A stretch of 63,899 nt of DNA, filler included, from Octopus bimaculoides (lineage: Eukaryota): assembly GCF_001194135.2 (NCBI RefSeq). It is 6 parts of 5 records of this genome, joined end to end, with 100 filler letters (N's around TTAATTAATTAA, not from the genome) between each part and the next. Parts side by side here need not be neighbours in the genome. Positions count along the whole stretch, not along the records: positions 50,919 to 62,403 come from NC_068983.1; positions 62,504 to 63,899 come from NW_026385022.1; 4 more parts are not named here. The stretch is one strand, 5' to 3'. The translations under genes were made by a program, and so were the position numbers. Shown here in pieces: positions 51,674 to 63,899 of this stretch. The notes under the pieces were generated by a model, which ran no database searches, was not told the origin of the DNA, and was given only the letters and a program-made list of their open reading frames with translations. The stretch's first letter is position 1, and each line of letters starts with the position of its first letter.

Positions 51674-54182
51674 TCTTTGGTATTCACTTTTTCATAAGTC
51701 ATAGTTCACAATGTAATAGAAGTTTATTCTGTTTCAACTAATCCACTTTCACTAGTTATTCTTATCTGTGGCAATAGACTCTCTCTTTCTCTCTCATACA
51801 TATACATATCTCCATACAGGGTTTCGTGCGCGCGCACACACACACACACACACACACATACATGATGGGCTTCTATACAATTTCTGCCTACTAAATTCAC
51901 TGAAGGCATTGGTCGACCAGGAGTTATAGTGGAAGGCACTCACCCAAGGTTGCTTAGAAGGAGACTGTACCCTAAACTGTGTCGTTGTGTGTACTATTAC
52001 AGATTATTCTAACTGTTAAAAGACATGAAAACAAAGCTGCTAAATTTGATAATCTGAAAATAACTGTTAATCTGTAATGGATATTATTAAATAAAACTTT
52101 AAAAAAAAAGTTGCATTAGAAAGTTTATGTTACTTCAACAAAATGTTTAAGTTCTGTTTTTTGTTTTTATTTTACACTGAAATAATTTAATACCATTTAA
52201 GAACAGATTTCAGGGTGTTAAAAGTTTTAAAAAAATAAGTTGTAGCTTTTTATAAATGAACTATGACATTCTGCACCAAAAAATGTATTTAAATTTAATC
52301 AAATTAATATTCATAGATAATAGGAGTATGTAGGTTACTATTTTCTAAAAGAACTTTAGACAGATCAGAAAGCAAAATTCTTTGGCCTTTTGACATTAGT
52401 ATGGGATCAAAAGATTCCACTGGGGTGAGTGAACAATCTTATCAGACAGTGCTTTTGTAATAATAGAATTACATAAGAGTTTAAGGTGTGTATTCTATTT
52501 CTGATGATCTATTGAATTCTAACACACAAACACACATACATCAATATTGTAGTCTTGAATTATATAAATATTAACATGATGGAGCTAAAAGTTGATTTGG
52601 GTACACTGTTAAAAACATGAGATTCTATCATCTAAAATCAAGCTCAGATCTCTCCTCTTTAGAAAAAAGAAAACAAAAGCTAGTTCAATTATATCATTCA
52701 AGATGAAAACAACTGTCATTTCTTCCAGATTTAAGAAAGAGTTTATGTCAATACAGTAACTGAAGCTGTCCTTAACAGCTACTTTCGCCTATATAAAGCC
52801 TGTTGCATCATCATTGTTTAACTTCCATCATCTGTGCTGGCATGGGTTGGATGGTTTTACAGAGCCAATGAACTGGAGGACTGCATCAAGCTCCAATATC
52901 TGTTTTGGCATGATTTCTTCAGTTGGATGCCCTTTCCTCATGTACAGGGTGCTTTTTGTTTGGCATGGCTCAAGCTCTAGTGAAGTCACCAAGTATCTTG
53001 CAAGACCAGACCCCTCACTCAGAGATGAACATATTATTTGCCAAAGAATCTATTTTTTCTTATGACAACTTTATATAGATCAAGAAGCAAACCTCTGTCC
53101 CCTTTTCACTTGAGCTTAGGATAATAAAAAAAAAAAATCTTTCTGTGCTTAGTATTGTTGTTGTTGGAGTCTACATCATAACTACAATACATGAAAATTT
53201 CCCCTTTCCTTATTAATGGGGATTGATATATAATTGATGGATTGTTATTTCTAAACAACTTTAAACTGCAAATCTTTTTAGATTACATCAGCACTTGCAC
53301 ATTTTTAATTTAGATTTCGTCAATATTCTTGCTGTATTTTGAAACTAGACAACCCACAATATATACTCTACAAAAATACAAAAACGAATTGGAAATTGAA
53401 TTGAATTTAAATAATAGAGTATCATCTTTTGTTTATTATAAGTTATGGAATGGGGCAGGTTGCATTCTTGTGTCATTTACACAATCTCCAATAAGTTATG
53501 GTTGATGTTCACTGTTCTTTACTGTAGTTTGGAGATTTATATTTCTCATTCACGACAGCATTATAAATAAGAGACAAAAAAAAAAATCAAGCAGAGGGAC
53601 TCATTGTAAATTTATTTTAATTATTTTTGAAATGATAAACTGTTGGGTTGAGCTGTGAGCTTGATCCTAATTGTTCTGGATATCATTAACAGTAGGGAAC
53701 AGAAAAGGCAAGAGTGGTAATAATTGCTTTGGTGGTGGTGGCGGTGGTAGTAGCGCTGCTGCTGCTGCTGGTTAATGTGGTATTGGTTGTGGCATTTGTG
53801 GTTGTTTGGGTTATTGTGAGATACTTTGGCAATGAAAGCATTGTTTAATTTTGGCTGTTTTTAATAGAAAGGAAGGCTTTGAGAAGTATGGGATTGGATG
53901 TGCCTGGTATTCCTATGACTGTTTGTGCTGTGGGGAAGAAGAATGTGTCAGGTGTGAGTGTGTAGGGGTGGGGTGGGGTGGAGTGGAGTGGATGGGTAGA
54001 GGTTAGAGGGTAAATACTTTTACCACTTGGGAGTAATTAAAAATAGAATAAAGATAAGATAGCTTGGCGAGGTAGGGGTAGATCTGTGTGGTTTGGGTGT
54101 CTGACTAAATTCTCTCTCATCAAGTCCCCATATCTATCTTTTTGACTTGTATAAGATGGGCTGCTGCTATTACTTGCTACTT

Positions 54183-54216
<34 letters not shown>

Positions 54217-54594
54217 CGATGATGGTGATTGTGCCAGGAGCTGATAAAGGCAATAATGATGACATGTGAATGGGTGGGAGAGAGTGAGAGTGCCAGATGC
54301 AGGCAGATTTCTACATCTATTTTCCACTCCATTTCTAAATCCTTTCATCTTTGTCTCTTTATTCACTTATCACCTCCCCACCCCACCCCGCACATCATCA
54401 TATCTTTTTTATTAATTATCTTGTTTCCCCCCTTTCTTCAACACACAGCATGCACGGGTACACACACACACACACACGCACACACTCACTCACTACTGAC
54501 ACAAATAATACAAAATATAGAACACACACTCACTCACACATCATTTGCATGTGCCATACACAAATTACATACACTTAAATAGTATTAATTATAG

Positions 54595-54691
<97 letters not shown>

Positions 54692-54795
54692 GCACTGATA
54701 TAAACAGGAGACAAAACATTCTCATAAGCTGTTTTGGTAGGCATCTCCTCTTCCTGCCCCTTACAATTATTAATCATCATCATAAACGTCCTTTC

Positions 54796-54870
54796 AAGGA
54801 GATTTAATTGGTCTAAGGAGATTTCATTGGTCTAAGGAGATTTAATTGAACTAAGGAGATTTAGTTTGAC
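54796..54870. repeat. 19-bp minisatellite, about 4 copies
   Basis: AAGGAGATTTAATTGGTCT and variants in tandem. Confidence 0.9.
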
Positions 54871-54927
54871 ATATTAAGAGAAAAGAAAGTATAGAACTAT
54901 AGTAATGATTTGAAGGGATTTCAACTC

Positions 54928-54977
<50 letters not shown>

Positions 54978-55120
54978 TCTCATCAATCTATTGATGAAGA
55001 TGATGATGATGCTATTATATGTAGTATTAGGGCAATCAATGGGTGCCCACCCCCAGTCAAAATAAAGGCAGTTACATCCCTTTGTAGTACTTACAAGAAA
55101 ACTTACACCAGGCAGAGATA

Positions 55121-55575
55121 GTCATTGCTTTTGGTTGTTTAACCCCTGTCATCCCTGACTGATTATGTTGACCTATAATGAAATGCCTTCCAACTTCCAC
55201 TCATAGTCATCGTTGCTTAATATTAAACATAGTATAGCCAAGACTCTATGGTGGTGGCCTTAATTGTAATCAAGCTGAAGTAGACATTGCCTTTCACTGT
55301 TTAACCCATGTCATCCTTGATTACGATGACATATAATGAAATTCCTTCCACTTACCACTGATGGCCATCACTGCTAAGTAATGAACATAGTATGTTCAGG
55401 GTTGCACGATAGTGGTCTAAGTTGCAATCAGGCCAATGTAGACATTGCCTTTCATTGTTTAGCCCCTGTCATCCCAGATCATGTTGATCTATAATGAAAT
55501 GCCTTCTACCTTCCACTCATGGCCATCACTGCTTATTATGAAACATAGTATATCCAGGACTTCACAGTGGTGGTT
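55121..55575. repeat. About 160-bp tandem repeat, about 2.9 diverged copies
   Basis: Units start G(T/A)CATTGC at 55121, 55283 and 55441, with shared TGTTTAACCC.TGTCATCC…TATAATGAAAT.CCTTC…CATAGTAT. Confidence 0.85.
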
Positions 55576-57353
55576 GATTGGCAGAATTGTTAAAAGGTCA
55601 AAGGAGGCAAGAAGCCTAGTGTTATCTCTTTTGGCTCTTTGCACCGTGATAGCAATGTTCATGATGACACTGACATCAAACTGTATTGGCCTTGTTCAGC
55701 ATCATGGGAAGGAGACTTGCATGCATGGTTAACTGCTAGTCTTCCTCAACAAAATAAAAAAGGAAAAAGAAAAAAATGCCTAGTACTGCATATATATTTG
55801 CAGCCTTGGTTGAAGAAAGGCCCTTATGGTCAATGACTTTGAGAAAATGGATTTGGTGAGTTTTAACCATTTCGCATTTGGATTACTCTGTCAATTGTAA
55901 TGCTTATTTATTCACATTTTAAATTAATCTTGCATTGTCTTGTAGCTTTGAGAAGTCAATGATGTGATTGTTTATTTTCAGAATTACATTGCAAGGTAGG
56001 TGTAAGAGGCTTGATCTGGCCAGTTTTAAACATAAAACCGTTAAGATATATGGGCTGGATATGGCCGGTTTAAGTACTAAAGGGTAAAATCCACCACAAT
56101 ACTTGATTGATGTTTTATTTTATTAGCCCTCTAGGGACGAAAGATAAATTGTTCTTGGTGGGTTTTGAACTTGGGACATAAAGCTCTGGAGAAAGGATAA
56201 AATTTAGTGATCCTGATCATATAATAATGATACCCATTTTTAAGGTGCAAGGCTACATACTTTTGTGAAGAAGGGTCAATTGGCTGAATCAGTGAACTTG
56301 ACTGATACTTGATTTTATTGATATTCCCTCCCCTTTGTTAAGATGACAGACATATTTGATCCTGATAAACTATGATGTAACAAAATCATCATCATCATTT
56401 TAATGTCTACTTTTCCTTACTTGCATGGATCAGATAGAATTTGTTTAAGCAAATTTTCTACTATCAGACACCCTTCCTGTTGCCAATATTGACCTTATAT
56501 CTCCATGGCTTGACATGTTTTCATGGAAGATTGGCAGTGAACAACACTGTTCGGATAACGGCAATGCATGTTTACAATTGAAACACTGCTCTGCTGGTAC
56601 TATTATCCATTGTGCACATTAAATAGTGTTTTCATAATACTAGTGCAAATGTGGTATTTGAGCATACAGAAAATCAATTCAGTCAACACTAGTATTTGAT
56701 ACGATACTTTATTTTCTTGACATTCAGAATTGATCTGTTCAAGATTGAAGTCTAAGAAAACAACTAAGAGCCACAACTAAATAACACAAGATGTATTTAT
56801 TGTCCCAATGCTTTACAGATAGATTCTGCTAATCCACCATAATATTAATAATTAGCCACCAATAACCTGTCATCTGTGAACTGGTTGGTTGGTAATTATT
56901 TTCAGCTTTAGTTTACAATAGAAAAAGAAAACAAAAAACAAAACAGAAAATGACAAAGTAAGTGGTGTGAAGATTTTTTTCGCCTGGTAGTGTACTGACA
57001 AATAATACTATATCTTTCAAAACTCATCTGCTTCATTACGTCTTCAAATTGCCTTTAATAATTGACAATGCCAATAATTGCATGTAAACCAAGGAGACAG
57101 ATGCTGGTTGATAAACTTTGAATTATTCATTTCAGTAATTCTGAAAATTTCTCCTATATACATACACATGTTCATACTCACATTATGCACACACACATAA
57201 ACACGTGTGCACTTTTACATATACATACATATATGTGTGCCTGCGTGCAGTATATATATTTATATGTGTTTGCACATTTAGACATGCACACATATGCTTA
57301 CGTATAAGCATATTTATATAATCACACCAACTGCAGTTATTTATGTTCACATC

Positions 57354-57387
<34 letters not shown>

Positions 57388-57844
57388 ATAGTTATTTATC
57401 GCATACATACATATATATATTTAATATTGGAAGAAGTGAAGTGAATTGCCTAGATATTTTAGGATGTGAGAGAATTATCCATCCACCAACATGTGATAAT
57501 GGCTGCTATTGTCTTCAATGGTTGGTTTTGGTGATTTGTAGGGAGGAATTATGAATTACTCAGAGCTAGCTTCATTGTATCTGTTGGGTTGGTTATATGT
57601 TTCTCAAAGTTGGCTACAACATGATAAGAATGCAGCAAAGCAACGTGATATTTTGTTACAACTGGGAATCTAAGGCCAAATTGTAGATTTTTACCTGCTG
57701 TTTGATTCCTATGCACTACTGCACTACTGCACTATCTCACAAGGATAGATGCATGCATGTATGCCAGTATGTTTAACTCTGTTGCAGATTCATTGAAAGA
57801 CATAACTGTTTGGGGGACGAAAAAAAAAAACAAAATAAAAACAG

Positions 57845-58072
57845 TTCTTTTATCTTTTACTTTCTTTGGCTCATTAGACTGCGGTCATGCTGGGGCACCG
57901 ACATGAAGAATTTTTAGTCGAATGACTCAACCCCAGTACTTATTCTTTTAAGTCTAGTACTTATTGATCAATGTCTTGTGCCAAACCACTAAGTTATTAG
58001 GGACATAAACAGCACTGCCAGTTGTTAAGTGTTGGTGAGGGTCAAACACAGACACAAAGACACACACACACT

Positions 58073-58112
<40 letters not shown>

Positions 58113-58200
58113 AATACATAGTGGCTTCTTTTCCATTTCCATTTGCCAAATTCACTCATAAGGCCTTGGTCAGCCCAAGGCTTATAGTAGGATACACTCA
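57845..58200 (-). mobile_element. tRNA-derived SINE family A
   Basis: GACTGCGGTCATGCTGGGGCACC…GGCTTCTTTTCCATTTCC…AAGGCCTTGGTCAGCCC, colinear with the other copies. Confidence 0.8.
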
Positions 58201-61126
58201 CTCAAATGACTGAAACAAGAAAAACACAAAAGATATAAAACCCAATAAAAGTTTTCGAGGATCCAGTGAATAAACACCTGAGTTACCTGCTGCAAAATAT
58301 AAAATCCAGTAGTGGATCTTTTCAGTTTGGCTGCTAATTTTCGAACATTCAGAGTTTATTGAACATTTTAAAATTTGGTTCATTAATGTGGTTTTCCAAA
58401 CTGAATCTCTGGAGATATTTCACTTTTTCCAGAACAATTTCTAAGAAAAGTTATAGAGGTTTAAAGCCTGATAATTTTCACCCGGTCAGAAAACAGGATT
58501 TGGAAGCTGTCATGTTGTGCATGATGTGTTTTAATATGAAATTTCATGCATGACATATAACCCCTCAATTTTTATTTTGGGCGGGGGGTTGTATTCTACA
58601 CTTAGGAATCCATACGATTATGCAAAAACAACAAAAAAAAAAATGCAGGTGCCTGATTTTAAGGCCTATTTAGCTGTTATTTTTAGCATATCTCTCGACC
58701 AGAGTACAGACAGCAGATAGACACAAGCAACAGAACACAGCCTCGATGCACATGATTTTGCGTAGAATATATTTGTCAGTATGTGCTATCTTGCAGATAA
58801 AAGAGTTCTCGTGTATGGCTTGTTACTATGGAAACAAGCATGAAGTGTCATTGGCTAAAATTATCCCAAATTTTCATACTTTAAAAGTTAATAACTCTTT
58901 GTTTATTGATTTATTGTGAAAATGAATTTCAAAGCAGTGATTAGCATATAAAACCATATCATCACACAGAATATGAATTCAATTGAAGAGATTGAAAACT
59001 GGCAGCCAAACAGAAAAGATCCTTGGTAGTTTGGACTTCTACTAAAAGCATTGTTTATATGTCTTGAATTTTTAAGATTGCTTAACTTGTAATGGGTCAC
59101 TCCATCCATCACAACGACCACAACTTAACTATAAGTAGATTCTATAGAGGGAGTGAATCTGTGAATAAGAACTGTAAATAAGTGTAGCTTAGTACTTGAC
59201 CAGCTGACAAGTATTTCCTAAGCTTGCCCTGCTGAGTTCTAGAGTTCAATCCTTCCAGTTTCAATGACTCAAAAAAGGAAACGAATCTGTTACACTAATT
59301 TGATTCCTAGCTGTTATACATTCAAGGCTAATTATATTTCTATCATTTACTTCAAGAACCTGAATCAAACCAATGAAGGAGTTCTATGTATGGTTGATTA
59401 ATCTGCTAGAAACAGCAGCTAGATTTTTTTCAACTAACACTCAACCGTTTCAGTTTTTTAGCATTCACATTATTCTGTTGAAAGTAATGCTTATTTATTC
59501 ACATTGTTTTGAAGCTTTGATATTTTGATGATGTGATTGTTTATTTTTAGCATAATCTTGTAGGGTAAGTGTGAGAGGCCAGATCTGGCCAGTTTGGATA
59601 TAAAGCAGTAGGAATATATTGGTTGGATATGGCCACTTTAAATGCTAAAGAGGGAAAGAGCACAGTAAGTTATATAAACATAAATACAGTTTGAAAGAGG
59701 GGGTTATCATGGTTGAGCTATCTTTGATCGTAGGTCTACTCAGTTAGGGCTGACTGACCTGGGGTTAAATAACAATAACAAAGACTGTGTAACTGAAACA
59801 TTTACGAATTCCATTGTAAATGTCTCTGTGGTATTTCATTACATACGTGCGTGCTCTGAGTTCAGATCTTACCTGAGTTGAATTTGGCCTACTTGAGAAA
59901 GGGACGGTGATGTTAATTAAAATATACACCAGTAATGTAATGGTATTCCGTTGAATGGTATGCATCTTTTTCTTACAAATATATTGGTTTTATGATAGTG
60001 TTGGAAATCAATAATCAATATATGAAAGCCAATGAAATTTGAGAAGAAAGCTAAATTGTTAATTGACCCTTTGGTCCCATCTTTCGCTCATATCAATTAC
60101 TTAATTAGACATTGGGCAAAGGGTGGGGTGTTCCCATTATTAATATGATTATATATTAGGTATATAATACAGTACTTTGTGTGTGTGTATATGCTTTTTG
60201 TAACTTATATATATCTGTTTGCAAGTATGTGTGTATGTATATATATATATATATATATANNNNNNNNNNTATATATGTTTATCGTATTCAGTATATACGC
60301 ATGGATACATATGTGTGTGTTCAGGTAACTAGTATATTCACTCCATCATTTCTTAATAAATATAAACTCTACTTTATGTGTTGAGTATTTGTTTTTCTTC
60401 TGTTTGTACACATATCTGTGTGTATGTAAAGAGCATCATCATCACCTAAAACTATTTGGTGATGATGATATTGCTGTCGTACAAATTATATGTTTGTTTA
60501 TATATAATATGTATGTGTAGTGCATGTGTGTGCTCTAGCGGTTAGCATACAATAAGGTTTACAGCCGATGCATTGCTGCAATCCTGTACACTATGCTACA
60601 AGTTTTTTTTACCTCTTCTTATTTTAATATAAAGATTAGCAGACTGAAACTGCGAAGTCACTGTCAAAGTCTCACAAGAGCTGGATACACCTATAGTCTA
60701 TTAAAAAGTATTGAGTAATTCTTCAGTTAAAGTTAAATTTTTTTTTTTCTATGGCTTGACATAAAACCACACACTTAACTAAAATAAAGAAACTGAAAGG
60801 AAAAATGTGTTTCTATTTGATGACAGCTGTTTCATATGTAACATCTCATGTGATGCAGAGCTTACTGTGAGCTCTGGTTGAGTGTTTGAATCCCTTTTCC
60901 TGTTATTATATGTTTAGAGATTCTGTTTTTCTGTATTGGATGAGTTGAATGGGATTTTTTGAGGCAGTATTTTATGATCAAAATACCTTCTTGATGCCAA
61001 TCCTTTTAGATGTGTCTTAGAACAGGCAAGGCTATGGAATACTTATTCAAAAAAAAAACAAAAGAAGTGAGACACATGTTGATGTAGTACTATGTATCAC
61101 AAACACACACACACATGTATACACAC

Positions 61127-61174
<48 letters not shown>

Positions 61175-62355
61175 TAAAAGAGTTCCAACTCTGTTTTTAT
61201 GTTTTATTTATATTCTTATAAAATTAATGTGGGATATGGAATATATAATATAAATAGTAAAATGAAATAAAGTATTGAATGTCTTTATTGAATATATGAA
61301 ATATTGAGTAATAAATATAGAGTATTAAATATATAAGGACTAGTATACTTTCCTGCCTCATGACAGTCATCAGATGAATCTGACAGATGAATCAAAAAAT
61401 GGAGAAAAAAGACAAAAAGAAAAAAACAATGCAAGGACATGCTACATGCAAAGTATTAATACGACGCTCAGAGAAAGAAAGAAAGAGTGGTTGTTTTATG
61501 TTATAAGCAAAGCTCCTCTTTGGAAACAGGAGGCGTAGGAAAGTCCAAACGAAAAGGAAGAAGGAGGAAAAAAATCACCACCAGTCCACGTATATATTTT
61601 ATACAGTAACCTCAAGCCATTACCGACAGTCACTGTCACATCTTGAGCGGAGAGAGCTTACATGTGATCATGTTCTTTTCATAGCAACATGATTGCCCAA
61701 ACTCAGGATCATTAGCAAGACACCACATGATGTATGAATGTACCTGACGTGACCCACACTGCAGATTGATGCAGCACATTATGATGCACAACATTCCATC
61801 CATAAAGAACAGTTGCAGGCAGGATTGGATGAAACGATTGTCATACAAAATAAAGCGTTAAACCAATTCCATCTTTTGTTTACTTAATCAATTTTTATCT
61901 CAACTAATACTGCGGAATTCCTGCAGTAGATCCAACAGAAATATACCCCAATTGTAGATGACACCAGGTAGCCTAAACTGTGCCAGTGCTTTACTCAACA
62001 CATCAACACACTAATTGATATATACTCGATTGGTTCCCAAAGAACTGCCTGGGTCAGATTCCTTAATTAAGAGAAACTTTAAGAGTTTTAAAGTTTCACT
62101 GGTGGCTGGAGTGTGAGTGTCTGAAGAAAGATGTTCTAAAGGCGATTTAATTGTTAGTCAACTCATTATTTTAACTTCAGTTTCCTAATTTGGCCACCAC
62201 TTCAATTATGAGAAAGATTGCGTGCAATCTACTTACCTATTCTCCATCAAATCACACCCTACCATCTTGAAGAGAAAAAAAAAATCATCCAACCAACAAG
62301 ACAGTCTATGTATGTATGTATGTACGTATATATATACGCACGAACACACACGCAG

Positions 62356-62403
<48 letters not shown>

Positions 62404-62503
62404 NNNNNNNNNNNNNNNNNNNNNNNNNNNNNNNNNNNNNNNNNNNNTTAATTAATTAANNNNNNNNNNNNNNNNNNNNNNNNNNNNNNNNNNNNNNNNN
62501 NNN

Positions 62504-63899
62504 GTACGTACATACATACATAGTAACGTACGTACGTACATACATACGTAATTACGTACGTACATACATACGTAATTACGTACGTACGTACACACATACG
62601 TAGATACGTACGTACGTACTTACATACATACGTAGTTACGTACGTACGTACAAACATACGCACGTAGTTACGTACGTACATACATACACACGTATTTACG
62701 TCCGTACATACATACNNNNNNNNNNNNNNNNNNNNNNNNNNNNNNNNNNNNNNNNNNNNNNNNNNNNNNNNNNNNNNNNNNNNNNNNNNNNNNNNNNNNN
62801 NNNNNNNNNNNNNNNNNNNNNNNNNNNNNNNNNNNNNNNNNNNNNNNNNNNNNNNNNNNNNNNNNNNNNNNNNNNNNNNNNNNNNNNNNNNNNNACGTAA
62901 CTACGTATGTATGTACGTACGTAACTACGTATATATGTACGTACGTATGTAACTACGTATGTACGTATGTACGTACGTAACTACGTATGTACGTACGTAC
63001 GTACGTACGTAACTACGTATGTACGTACGTACGTACATACTTACGTATGTATGGAGGTACGTACGTAAGTACGTATGTATCGACATACGTCCGTAAGTAC
63101 GTATGTATGTGCGTACGTCCGTACGTAACTATGTATGTATGTACGTATGTATGTAACCACGTATGTATGTACGTACGCACGTACATACGTAACTACGTAT
63201 GTATATACGTACGTACGTAACTACGTATTTATGTAGTATGTACGTAACTACGTGTGTATGTAGTACGTACGTAACTACGTATGTATGTACGTACGTACCT
63301 ACGTAAATACGTATTTATGTAATAACGTACTAAACTACGCATGTAATTACGTGCGTACGTAACTACGTATGTATGAACGTACGTACGTAATTAAGCATGT
63401 GTGTAAGTACGTACGTAACTACGTTTATATGTACGTACGTAACTACGTATGTATATAAGTACGCACGTAACTACGCATGTATGTACATAAGTACCTACGC
63501 AACTACGTATGTATGTACGTGCGTAACTACGTATGTATGTAGGTACGTACGTACGTACATACATAACTACGTATGTACGTACGTACCTACGTACGTACCT
63601 ACGTACGTAACTACGTATNNNNNNNNNNCGTATGTACGTACGTACCTACGTACGTACCTACGTACGTAACTACGTATGTATCTACGTACGTACGTACGCA
63701 CCTACGTACGTACGTAAGTACGCGTGTATGTACGTACGTACGTAACTACGTATATATGTACTACGTAACTACGTATATATTTACATACGAAAGGACGTAA
63801 CAAAGGAACTACGTATATATGTACGTACATAGGAACGTAACTACATGTATATGTATGTACGTACGTACGTAACTACGTATATATGTACGTACGTACGTA
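62504..63899. repeat. Complex TACG/TATG satellite with an about 24-bp higher-order unit (GTACGTACGTAACTACGTATGTAT-like)
   Basis: Built almost entirely of TACG, TATG and TAAC 4-mers. The 62504-62716 block is in the opposite orientation to the 62895-63899 block. Confidence 0.9.

Noticed and set aside
52021-52075. KAAKFDN peptide resembling the expected start of myophilin exon 2
   Set aside because: No acceptor at the right phase, the frame stops within 8 codons and the conserved Trp is absent; chance match.
54796-54870. Regularly spaced short repeats as a CRISPR-like array
   Set aside because: Head-to-tail minisatellite without unique spacers, in eukaryotic DNA.
55121-55575. Retrozyme interpretation of the 160-bp tandem repeat
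   Set aside because: The best core is CTGATGG and no stem I pairing exists on either strand.
58822-58838. RFX X-box-like GTTACTATGGAAAC (also GTTACCGTGGCAAC near 25012)
   Set aside because: Both lie inside transposon-derived sequence; no evidence of regulatory use.

Overview
AT-rich, microsatellite-dense animal genomic DNA from a draft scaffold with many N gaps and five artificial 100-bp linkers. It is most likely a cephalopod (octopus-like). This is inferred from recognising the SINE/RTE families and the (TA)n/(CA)n/(GA)n load, not from a database search. The only host-gene sequence I can support is a 51-bp first coding exon at 25303-25353 (+) encoding MANRPRGFGLSAEITRR, the N-terminus typical of the calponin/transgelin/myophilin (Mp20) family; I did not find its later exons in the window. 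The rest is mostly decayed transposons: DD37D, pogo and DD34D Tc1/mariner elements and MITEs, hAT-Tip100-like and hATm-like elements, two Helitron fragments, CR1, RTE and RTEX LINE pieces, two Penelope (GIY-YIG) relics, LTR relics and two tRNA-derived SINE families. The most interesting signal is a set of minimal type I hammerhead ribozyme motifs in several distinct short elements, one in a Penelope pLTR and others in elements sitting in (TA)n tracts. There is also an atypical long-stem-II hammerhead candidate, a 142-bp fold-back hairpin and a palindromic TACG satellite. No rRNA, true tRNA or CRISPR array was seen. Most long ORFs in the supplied track are microsatellite translations. Coordinates were read by eye and fuzzy repeat ends may be off by tens of bases.
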